Assembly: GCA_977017645.1 (NCBI GenBank) | Contig: OZ360222.1 | Coordinates: 270,196,001-270,260,000, forward strand | Origin: Torpedo marmorata | Lineage: Eukaryota | Length of the DNA: 64,000 nucleotides | Direction of reading: 5' to 3' | Shown: piece after piece, positions 38,301 through 50,300 of the stretch | Numbering within the stretch: the first letter of the stretch is position 1 | Layout of the letters: every line of letters starts with the position of its first letter | Notes under the pieces: generated by a model | Databases searched by the model: none | The model's input: the letters and a program-made list of their open reading frames with translations, nothing else | Told to the model about the DNA's origin: nothing | Made by a program: the position numbers and the translations under genes

Positions 38301-41300
38301 ATCTCAGATGCAGGAGGAGGAGAGTGAGAGTGTCAGGATCACCCGTGTGGCAGTGAGACAATGAGAAGGTCAGAGGAGTTTAGCTGGGTGGTGTTTGGGG
38401 AGTTGAAGAATGCAATGTTGTGTCTAGTGAATAATAAAAAGAAAGTTGACTTCATGGTGTGCTGAAAGAAACGAGTGAGTGCATTCTTTATTTGTTTGTA
38501 AGCCGTGGTAAATCAGTGCCGTTACACTCTCATAACTTTACTTTGGCCATCTCCTGTAATATAAACAGAGCTCCACCTGAACTGTGACCATGACACTGCA
38601 GCCACCTAATTCACTCCCGTTAACACTTCGTTTCAGTACTGAGACATACAAACAATGAACTCAAAAATCTTTGTGCTAAATTAAACAAGTTTTTTTATCA
38701 TTCTTTTTTTTTAGGAAATAATTAAAAGTGTAGGGGCTTCCCCTCAGTTCCCGTGAAATTATTATTGGCGGAAGATAAACAACCAGATTACAGACAATTG
38801 TCAAAGAAACTTCCTGTGATCTAGAGTATTCTGTCAGAAATCATACCATTTTAATAGTGTAACACAAGGAACAGGGGAAGGCCATACCACCTCTCAGGCC
38901 TGTCCACCATTCAGTTGGGAGAGAGGCGGTACAGATATCGGGTTCTGTGTTAAATGATTTTACAATCTTCCATTAACATGTCTTAGCTGTAACAGCTTGC
39001 CGTGCGCATGTACTGCAAAAGAAGGCTTGTGGTACTCCATTGTACTCCACTACAAATGGCGGCGCTGCCGGAGCCACTGTAGCGGCAGCGCTGCCGCTGG
39101 TGCGGACCCGCGGGGAGCTACAGAGCGGAGATGCAGCGCTCCTGCGTGGTCCAGCCGCCCAGTCGACTGCCGTCGGCTCTGCACAGGCTTTGAGCCTGTT
39201 GAGGGAGCCGACGGTGGTTTTATTTGAGATCCCGCGACCGCGGGGTCTGCGCCCAAGATGGCAGCGCCTATTAATCGGCAGCAGCCACGAGGGGCTGCAG
39301 ACTCCGGGGAAGCAGAGGACTGGAGCAGGGCACCAGAGGACGTAAATATCAACCCCCCATCTGAGAAGGAGAAGCAGAGGAGACGACCCACGGGACGGTG
39401 ACCACGGCGGCAGAACAGTGAGGAGCTCTGAGGCTGAAGGACCAGTGCATGCGGCGGGCTGCTGGCGACTCGAGGCAAGGAACCCATGGAGGCTGTGGGC
39501 TGCTGGAGACTGCTGTTGGGAGACTCACGCCAGGCTGCGGACTACTGGAGACTGGCACGAACTGGCTGGAGGAGTACCAGGTATCAGAACCTGGATGCGA
39601 GGGGGTGCCGAGGGCGCCGAAGGGTTCCTGACCGTGTCGGAGGTTCGGACGCCGAAGGGTTCCTGACCGTGTCGGAGGTTCGGATCTGGAGCTCGGGTTG
39701 CTGATGGTTTGGACTGGACTCTGTGTGGCTGCGGAAGCGCTGGAGGCGAATCTATGGACACTCGGTGACTCTGGGGGGACTCTCTTTTGCTTCTCTTTTT
39801 CTGACTGTAAGGAATGTTAGAGGCGCTTAGGCGAATCTATCTGCTTATCAGCAGGCAAAAAGGAATTTCATGGAATATGACACTGCCTTATTACTATGAC
39901 AATAAATTGAATCTTGAATAATTCTTGAAAAAAATTTTGAGGTATTAAGATAGGTAATGTTTGAAAAAGGTATTGTGTTCTTGGAAATATATTCATCTTT
40001 ATACAATTAACTCTTCCAACTAAAGTTAAAGGCAGATTAATCCATTTTTAAAAATCTTCATCAATCTTTTTAAGTAATGGTAAATAATTCAATTTACATA
40101 ATTTTTTCAAATTACTATCTGTACGTATACCTAAGTATTTAATACCTTCTTTTGGCCATTTAAACTGAGTACCTCTCTGACAATGTGTATAATCTCCTTT
40201 TGTTAATGACATAATTTCACTTTTATCCCAATTTATTTTATAGCCCGAAACTTTTCCATATTCCTCCAATTGAATATATAGTCTTTGTAAAGATATCTCA
40301 GGGTCAGTCAAATATATTAGGACATCATCTGCAAATAAACTAATTTTATGTTCTTCTTAACCTACCCTAAATCCCTTAATTTGTAAATCAGAGCGAATTA
40401 TCTGGGCAAGTGGTTCTATTGGCTAAAACATATAAAGCAAGATAAAGGACACCCTTGTCGACTAGATCTTGACAAATTAAATGGCATAGACACTTGTCCA
40501 TTAGTTACTACTTTGGCTTTAGGGTTATTATATAATGCTTTAATCCAATTTAGAAAATTAATCCCAAATCCAAATTTCTATAATACCATAAACAAAAAGT
40601 CCCACTCTAATCTATTAAATGCTTTTTCTGCATCTAGAGCAACTGCAACACTCAATTCACCTCTTTTCTGAGCTAAATGGATAATACTTAATAATCTAGC
40701 TACATTTTCTGAAGCTTGCCTTTTTTTTTTACAAAGCCTGTTTGGTCCATATTTATTAGTTTAGGTAGCAATTTGTTCATTCTATTTGCTGAAATTTTTG
40801 CAACAATTTTATTGTCTGCATTTAATAATGAGATAGTGTAGCGGCTGCAAACGGCAGCGCTATCGAAATAAAGTACAACCACACGGTTGGAGGGTGAACC
40901 ATTAAGTGCTTTATTATTTGAATAGCTCACGCTGTTTGCCTTGGGACGACGCACTTCCGGTAGCCCGGCGCGTCGGTGCCAGGAAGTGACGTCAGCACGC
41001 TGTGGAGCCACTGCCTGCCCAGCGTGGTGACATCCCCTAGGCAACGCGCGTCGCTAAATGCGGGCTTCTCCTGAGAATGGAAGGGGGGCCCGCGCCATCT
41101 TGTGCCGACCAATTGGGGCGGCGATTCGGCTCGTCTAACCGCGCGGCCGCTCGGCCCGCTACACCACCCCCCCCCCCCCAGAATCGCTGCCACACTTTGA
41201 GCCAGTTCCCGTACTGTCTTTAGGCGGGTGGTCTCTGTGTCTGACTTGGGGAAAGGGGACTGGTTGACCTGAGTCCAAATGTGCTGCCTTATGGCGGTCA

Positions 41301-44300
41301 ATGGTAAACATGTCCTGCCGCCCGCCAATGTCCAGGGTAAAAACGACGCCGTCGCGATGTAGTACCTTGAATGGGCCTTGGTAGGGGCATTGCAGGGGTG
41401 TTCCTTGCTGTCCTCTGTGGACAAAAACAAAATTGGTGGACTGTAGGTCCGCGGGGACGTGACAGGGCAGAGCACCGTGCCGGGAAGGTGGCGGAGGTTT
41501 AGGCTTACCCATCTGCTCCCTCAAGCGGTGGAGGACATCTAAAGCACTGGGTTGCGGGCCTGGAGGGTTGAAGTGAATGTCTCCCGGGATGGTGAGCGGG
41601 GAACCGTAAACTATTTCGGCGGACGATGCTGGTTGGTCTTCTTTCGGTGCTGGGCGGATTCCCAACAACACCCATGGGAGTTCGTCCATCCAGTTCAGGC
41701 CTTGTAGTCGGGCTTTCAGGGCTGCTTTCAGATGGCGATGAAAACGTTCGACAAGTCCGTTTGCCTGAGGATGATAGGCCGTGGTGTGGTGTAACTGGCT
41801 GCCGCAGAACTTGGCCAGGTTGGACCAGAGCGAGGACATGAACTGGGCTCCTCGGTCTGAGGTGATGTGGGTCGGGACGCTGAAACGTGCGACCCAAGTG
41901 GACATAAAGGCTCTGGCACATGTCTCTGTGTCACACGTGGGCAGGGGCACGGCTTCTGGCCAACGGGTAAAACGGTCATCTATTGTGAATAAATAGCGCA
42001 TACCTTGGCTCATGGGGAGTGGACCCACGATGTCCACGTGCACGAGGTCGAAACGGCGTTGCGTCGGGGCAAAGCTCTGGAGCGGGGCCTTGGTGTGCCT
42101 GTGTACTTTGGCACGTTGGCAGTCCAAACAAGTCTTAGCCCATAGGGTTACGTCGCGGCGGAGACCGTGCCACACGAACTTGTCGGACAGCAGGCGGACC
42201 GTGGACCTTATCAAAGGGTGCGATAGGCCATGAATTTGGTCGAACACCCGCCGTCGCCAGGTCGCGGGTAGGATGGGTCTGGGGAAACCTGTGGATATGT
42301 CGCACAGCAAAGTCGGGCTCCCCGGCGAAGGACAGAAATCGCTAACCTTCAGGCTGGTGATGGCAATCCGGTAGGCCTGGATGTCCGCATACCCGCCTGG
42401 TCTTTTGCCATTTGGGCAATGTCGAGTCCTCCGGAGGTGGTGGAAATGGCCGGTCTGGACAGAGCGTCGGCCACCACGTTGGACTTTCCTGCGATGTGGC
42501 GAATGTCCGTAGAATACTCTGAAATGTAGGAGAGGTGTCGTTGTTGTCTCGTGGACCATGGGTCTGAGACCTTGTTGAGGGCATGCATCAGTGGCTTGTG
42601 GTCTGTGTAGGCGATGAAAACCCTTCCCTCTAACATGTACCGGAAATGTCGTATTGCCAGGTACAGGGCCAACAGCTCACGGTCGAACGCGCTGTATTTG
42701 AGTTCTGGCGTTCGAAGATGTTTGCTGAAGAAGGCCAGGGGGCGCCACTGCCAATCGACCCACTGCTCAAGCACTGCGCCGACCGCTCTGTCCGAAGCGT
42801 CTGTTGTAAGGGCCAGTGGGGAGGAAGAGTCAGGATAAGCAAGAAACGTGGCCTCCGCCAGTGCCGCTTTGGTTGCCTGGAATGCTTCAACGGCTTGGAT
42901 GTGTGGGATGGGATATCTGTCGGGGACCGTGACGTCATTGAGTCGTCTGTAGTCACCACACGGGCGCCAACCGCTGGATTTCTTCTGGACCATGTGAAGC
43001 GGGGACGCCCAGGGGCTATTTGAACGGCGGACAATTCCCAACTCTTCCGTGGCGGCAAACTCGGTCTTGGCCAGGAGAAGTTTGTCCTGCGGGAGGCACC
43101 ATGCCCGTGCGTACACTGGTGGTCCGGTGGTTTCGATGTGGTGCTCCACGCCATGTGCTAGCTTAGTGTCGTGGAAATTGGGGGCCAACAGTGACGGGTA
43201 CCTGGCCAGTAAAAGGGCATATTCATTGCTGTCTGGAGTGTGGATGCCCAACATCAAAAAGGAACGTTGCCGTAGTGTGAGGGGGTACGACTGGAACGTG
43301 GTAGCGTTGACCAAACGGCACCTGATCATGTCTACTAAAAGCTCACGTGCCCGGAGGAAATCGGCTCCGAGTAGCGCTTGTCCAACGGACAAAATTGTAC
43401 ACTCCCAGTGGAAAATAGTTTTGGCGGCATGGATTTTGACTAGACGGGTGCCTAAACTTGGGATGGAAGAACCGTTGGCTGCCTGTAGGGGGAGGCCCTT
43501 GGCGTTGTGCTTGAGCTTGAAGTACGTCGGCGGGATGAGGCTTATCTCCGCACCCGTGTCAACTAGGAAATCTCTCCTTGTCCGCTGGTCTCTTAGATAA
43601 AGTAGGCCCTTATGTGTGCCAACCGTTGAGGCCACTATCGGCGGCTGGCCTGTTCGTTTCCCGTCGCCGCGCTCGACTTGGCATTGGGGTACGAGCATGG
43701 GGGAACGCACCGCCAGGCGTTACAGCCCCATCTGCGGTGGTAGAAACAGTAATCGCTCCGCTTGTCTGAGCGCTCGTGGCGCTGTGGTTGGGCCACGGCT
43801 ACTGCTGGCGGACCCGGCGGGGAGGCCAACCCTGGTACCTGGGTTGAACTGGAGGCACCGACGGCGTAGATCGGTTGCGCATGTATGGAGCTCTGCTGCG
43901 GGGTGCGGAAAAGTCTGTCTGCTTCCTTGGCTACCATGCTCAATATTGCCGAGGAAACGTGCACTGGTAGCTTGGAGAAGAACAGGGCCTCGAACAGGAA
44001 ACAGTTTGTGTGCCCGTCTGCTAAAGCCACCATTTCATGCATGAGCTCGGAGGGGTTTCTGTCGTCCAGGCCTTGCATGTTTAGGATGCGGACGGCATGC
44101 TCGTGCCGGCTGAGCTCTAGGGAGTCGAGGAGGAGACGCCGGAATTGTTCGTACTTACGCTCCATTGGAGGATTTTCCACGAAGGAGCTTACTTTGGCTG
44201 CGGTGGCGGCGTCCAAGGCGCTGACGACGTGCCAGAACTTGGTGTCTTCCGAGACAATGCCTCTGAGCTGGATCTGTGACTCGGCCAGATGTAACCAGTT

Positions 44301-47300
44301 CTTGGGCTGGTTGGCCCAGAAGGGCGGCAAATGTACGCCCACAGCGTTGGTCGCAGCCGTTGCGACTGGAGCGGTAGCAGCATTCTGCATTTCGATGCGC
44401 TCGAGGTGGGTTCCAAAAACGTTGGAACCGGCTGCAAACGGCAGAGCTATCGAAATAAAGTACGTCCACACGGTTGGAGGGTGAATCAGTAAGTGCTTTA
44501 TTATTTGAATAGCTCGCGCTGCTTGCCTTGGGACGACGCACTTCCAGTAGCCTGGCACGTCAGTGCCAGGAAGTGATGTCAGCACGCTGTGGAGCCACTG
44601 CCTGCCCAGCGTGGTGACGTCCCCTAGGCAACGCGCGTTGCTAAATGCGGGCTTCTCCTGAGAAGGGAAGGGGGGCCCGCTCCATCTTGTGCCGACCGAC
44701 TGGGGCGGCGATTCGGCTCGTCTAACCGCACGGCCGCTCGGCCCACTACAATAGGTCTATAAGATGAAGGTTTTAAAGGATCTCTATCTTTTTTAGGGAT
44801 CACTGTAATTATTGCCATCGAAAATGTTTCTGGAAGAGTATGGTTCTCCATAGCCTGATCTAATACTTGCATAAACATAGGAATTAATAAATCCTTAAAT
44901 TCTTTATAGAATTCAGGTGGAAATCCATTTTCTCCAGGTGATTTATTACTCTGTAAAGAAACCATAGCTTCCCTTACCTTTACCTCAGTAAATGAGGCAT
45001 TAAGTTCTGTCTGTTCTTCTAAATTTAATCTAGGCAATGTTATCTGTGATAAATAATTATTTATCTTATTTTCATCTCTTAGAGACTCTGAACTGTATAA
45101 TTTTGAATAAATTTTTTTTAAAGATTCATTTATTTATTGAGGTTTATATGTAGCTACATTATTATCTTTTTTAATTGCATTAATTATTTTTGAAGTCTGT
45201 TCCGCCTTTAATTGTCAAGCTAATACCTTTTGTGACCTCTCACCTAATTCATAATATCTTTGTTTCGTTCTTACTATTGCTTTCTCAGTTCTATACGTTT
45301 GTAATGTTTTATATTGAAATCTTTTATTAATAAAATGTTTACGTTTATCTTCAGAAGTACGGATTTGTAGGTCTTTTTCCAATACTGTAATTTCTTTCAA
45401 CCCAATTATAAAGTTAGAATAAAAATCAAGAAAATAAATCATTGCAACAAGTCCGAAGCAGCTGCAAGTGACTGGGCTTCAGGAAGATTCCGAGCGAATT
45501 CCTCTGCTTGAGCAAAATTGGTGAAGAATTTATTCTGCTCTCCTGGGACAAAAATCTTCAAAGTTGCAGGGTGTCGAAGGACAAATTTATATCTTTTATC
45601 ATAAAGAATCTTCTTAACTGGATTAAATTCTTTCCTTCTCCTCAAAAGATCTTCACTCATATCGGGATAGAATAAAATTCTATCCCCTTCCCATTCCAAT
45701 GGACCATTTCTATCCCTCGCTCCTTTCAACGCCAAACTTAGAACTTTCTCTCTGTCTTGATAACGCAAGAACTTTATCAATAAGGAACGTGGCTTTTGGT
45801 TAGGGAGAGGTTTTGGTCTCTTTCCACTTCAATTGGATTTTTTTTTTTTTTTTATATTTTATTTAAATTTTTAAATCACTGATTACATAAAATAATTTTG
45901 CATATAATTCTTAAAAAATACATGTGATTACATTTTCTCCCCCCCCCTTCCCACCCTCCCCTCCCTAGCCCCTATATCCCCCTATTCTAAATTTTAAAGT
46001 AAGATAATAAAAAGAAGAAAAAGAAAAAGAAAAGATAGAAAAATAGAGTGAGGAGTCAATAAACTTAAAAACTAATATACCTTAGAGGTTATTTCGCCAG
46101 CGGATCTGATATCCAGAGAATTTACAATGTTAAACCCATAATCCTCATATATGGGCCCCAAATTTTCAAAAAAGAATGATATTTATTTCGTAAATTATAA
46201 GTAATTTTTTCTAATGGTATACATGACCGTAACTCTGCATGCCATCTCTCTAGATTTAAATCAACATCCGATTTCCAAGTAATAGCTATACACTTTTTCG
46301 AAACTGCTAATACTATATGTAAAAATTCTACTTGATACATATTTAATCTATTTCTGATACTAAATTTTTTAATATCTCCAAATAAAAATAACATAGGAAC
46401 TTCAATTGGATTTTGAAATTTTTCTCCTAATACATTAGGAATCCATTGTTGAAAGAAGTTAATCACATTCAGACCTTCTTTTCCTTCTGAAAGACCTACT
46501 ATTTTAATATTATTTCTTCTACTAAAATTCTCCAAAATATCAATTTTTTCAGTTAGTTTTTGATTTACTGTAATTAAGCCAGTAATTGTATCTTCAGTGT
46601 TAGTTACCCTGTCTTCAATATATTGTACTTCATCCTGTAGTCCAGTAATTCTTTCTTCTATTTTCTCCAGTTTCCTCTTCATTTAATTCACATCTTCCAG
46701 TACTTTATTAGTTTCTGCTTTCATTTCTACCTTTCCACCTTTATATCCTTTTTTCATTTCTCTTTCCATTACTTTAATCTGCTGCATTATCATTATGGAT
46801 AATTCTTCTATCTTAGTTTGAGGATTAAATTTAATTTCTTCCATTACCTCCTCTTCCTGTATCTCTTCTTCCTCTTCATCTTCATCTTCAGCTGATGAGC
46901 CTCTTCTGGAACCCGACTCTTCCTCCGGTGTTGGTCGAAGACCCCGACTTTTCAGTCGGTTGTTGCACTCCCAGTGGTGCGTTGGGTTTCGTAGTGGCGG
47001 TTTCTCACGCATGCGCGGTTCACTTCCTGGTTCCCCTCCGACGCCATCTCTCCGCAGTTGCGGTTGGGAGACGCCGGTAGAGGTCCCTTCTAGAGGATCA
47101 CCAAGTCGGGAGGCAGCATGAATTCCAGCTCCATGTTTTGATGTCGAGGTAGGCCTCACTTCTTTTTCTCTTCCCGTCGGGTTCCATAAGTCGCTGTAGT
47201 CACTTTTTCTTTTTTTGGAGGCATTTTGGAAGTAAAGTAAATATGTTTAAATATTGTTTAAAGATATTTTTAAGGTTAGAACAGTACTTATTTAGAACTT

Positions 47301-50300
47301 TTTTAAAACTAATTTCCCAAGGGAGTCAGGAGCCTACGTGTTGATCCTACGGCATCACGTGACGTCCCCCGGGCCCTGATACTCTACTGATAGAGATTTT
47401 TTATTTCACCTTGCAGCAAGATTATCAGTATTCTGAATGTTAAAGTGCAGGTGTTAAGGCATTACATCAGTGAAACAACTGGCTTAAGACATGGGGATGA
47501 TTAAACTGTGTCTATAACCCCCCCATGGCAGCACGGTTACAGTCGCATAGCGGTTAGTGCAACACTATTACAGCACCAGCGACCCAGGTTCGAATCCGGC
47601 GCTGTCTGTAAGGAGTTTGTCCGTTCTCCCCGTGACTACGTAGGTTTTCCCCGGGTGGCTGCACTTTCCTCCCACCCTCCAAAAATCGTACAGGGTTGGT
47701 AATTGGGTGTAATTGGACAGGATGCTTTCAATGGCCAGAATCGGCTTCTACTGAGTTGTATTGTTAAATTTAAACATTTAAATTTCAAAAAACTTTAAAA
47801 AGGCACCAGCAATTTTCAAACCTGCTTCAGCGCAGTGTTCAGATATTGAAAATTTGTAAGCCTATGTACTAATTCACTTCTATTTTGTAAATACCATGCT
47901 TGATTTGCCCGTTGTGTGTTACTGTGGGACTGATTTCCCATGTCCTGCCCAAATTGTACGAGCACCAAGGTATTTAGGCCACCAATATGCAAAGTAAACA
48001 TGTGAGGAAACTGCATCAATTGCTGCCAATCACCTCACTAGTTTATGGTTCAACATCCAACTGCCTCGTTAGATGAGCATTTGTTCTAATTTGTTGACTC
48101 CACGGTTTCTGCCCCCAAAAGCTCTGCGAAGATTGTGGGGTCCAGGTGATTTCACTGAGGAGGTGAAGGAAATGATGGCCGAGCGGGCTCAAGAACAAGG
48201 GGCTGTCAAAAACAATCTCCTGCAGCTCTTCTTGGACAAAACAGTACGGTGTCAGCTCCTAACTGGTGTGATCGTCAGTGCGGGTCTGCAGCTAAGCGGC
48301 ATCAATATTGTAAGTAGTTCACCAGGTTTAAGCAACAAGCAAAAGTCCCCAGTTCTGTCACTTCTGATTAGAATGAATGATCAGGGAATTTCCAATTGAT
48401 CCAACATGCGGAATACTTAAAGATGATTTGCTGTAAAACTTTCACCTTATTCCAGGTTAGAGAACAGAAAGCAGTTTTATAATGAAATCTGTGGACAGAA
48501 CCTAGTACAGTAAAACCCCTGGTATCTGGGACCTTTGGGGATTGGTAGATGCAGGATAAGTGAATTTGCCAGTTGCTTGAGATTGCGTGTTGCGCGATTG
48601 GCAACCTAACTACAAGGGGGTTCCAATTTTAAACTTTCGTTTTTTAACTATTTATTTTCCGCGATTTTTTTGCCAGTTGCTTGAGGCTACCGGTTGCTTG
48701 AATTGCGGATAACGAGCATTTTACTGTACATCAATCTGAAACAAAGTCATGAGGAACCCAAAGTGTCAACGCTGTTGAACAGACCACAGCATCCCTCTAC
48801 GCTACGCCCGGGTGGGGTACAATCTGAGCCTGTGTCTGTAATTTCCCAGAGAGGGGCTTTGTGATTGCACCATTGAAATGGCTTCATTTTCGGAAGAACA
48901 AAACTGGGGGAAGAGTGTTTGCCTCTTCGGCTGCTGTATGGCTGGTTTTTGGAGTGGCGGAGATTCGGGAACAGGCTTGTTTTCCACTGGTGTTTTCACT
49001 GGACCGCTGAAACAAAACAGAAACTGAGGCTGAGACTTTCATATGCTGCCTGACAATGAAACCCCAAATCTGCCAAATCATTCACTAAAGAATATGCCGT
49101 GTTCTTTGCCATCTGCGTACAGGCTAAAGCCATTGGTCAACCCGCTAACCCAAGAAAACGAGTTGACTTACAATGGGGCTGCAGATAGAAGCCCCCCCTC
49201 AATCCATCATGCCCACCTAGTGGTGAAACTGCCCCAATGGGTCCTCAAGCCATTGTACCTGACCCAGTGTCCAATGCTTCAAATTCACGATAGGCAATTT
49301 CTGCATGGCAAATGGAAATGTTCAGGCCAGAGAAATATATTTGGAGTTTAATGACATTTTCTTAGAAGTTTAAGATTATCCCTTGAAGATATGCTACTCA
49401 CAAGGTTTAAATCCATTTGACATCAAAGCAACATTGACATTTATCATGATTTCTGTGGCTAGCCCACAGAAGACAGAGGGTGGTGGTGGAAGGGTGTTAT
49501 TCTGCCTGGAAGCCTGTGATCAGTGGTGTTCCGCAGGGATTGGTGTTGGGACCCTTGTTGTTTGTGATGCATACAAATGACTTGTGTGAGAAAGAAGGTG
49601 GGTGGGTTGTAAAAGTGCAGGTGACACAATGATTGGTGGAACTGTGGACAGTGTCGAGGGCTATCAAAGAAACATAACAGGATATATATCAGTTGCAGAT
49701 ATGGGCAAAGATATGGCAGGGGCAGTTTAATCTGGACAAGTGTGAAGTGTTGCATTTTGGGAGGTCAAATGTAAAGGGAAAGAATACAGTTAATGGCAGG
49801 GCCCTTAAAAGCATTGATGTGCAGAGGTATCTGGGGGTTAAGGTCCTTGAAAGTGGCCCCACAAGAAGTGGTAAAGTATGCTTGACTTTGTTGTGTGTGG
49901 CACTGAATACAAAAGTCAAGAAGTTATGTTGCAGCTGTTATTAAACTTTGGTTGGGCCGCACTTGGAATACAGTGTGCGATTCTGTGTCCCACATCACAG
50001 GAAGAACGTGGAGGCTTTGGGAAGGAGAGAAGAGATTTACCAGGATGTTGCCTGGTTTAGAGGGTATGAGTTATGGGAACAGGTTGGATAAACGTGGGTC
50101 ATTTTCTCTGGACCATTGGAAGCTGAGGGGAGACCTGATAGAGGTTTATAAAATCAAGGAGAAGCAAAGATAGTGTGGACTGTCAGAATCTTTTTCCCAG
50201 GGTAAAATGTCATATATTAGACATGCGTTTAAGGTGAGGAGGCGGAAGTTTAAGGGAAATGTGTGTAGAATTTTTTTAATTTTTTTTTTTACAGAGTGGT

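Larger units (their letters stand above)
40837..44750 (-). mobile_element. Gypsy LTR retrotransposon, CsRn1-like clade, RT-deleted
   Basis: LTRs 40837-41163 and ~44429-44750, 4-bp TSD ATAG inside L1 ORF2, G-rich PPT; gag LPPFW and CFYHRRWG..C...C; protease LVDTGA; RNase H TTDASD; integrase HVDIVGP, TSDRG, VERFH. Confidence 0.95.
39920..47370 (-). mobile_element. Older L1-clade LINE (5' UTR, ORF1, deleted ORF2) hosting two nested insertions
   Basis: 5' end GGGGGACGTCACGTGATG; ORF1 coiled coil, [14 protein letters not shown]; ORF2 KSPGENG, YRPI|SLLNAD, IKYLG; 3' end missing. Confidence 0.88.

Noticed and set aside
38228-38526. Solo LTR starting at TGTAAG (38228)
   Set aside because: No TSD at that boundary; 38174 gives a matching CTCT TSD.
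39616-39684. CRISPR-like 35-bp direct repeat
   Set aside because: Two adjacent copies with no spacer in eukaryotic DNA; a simple tandem duplication absent from the 58 kb copy.
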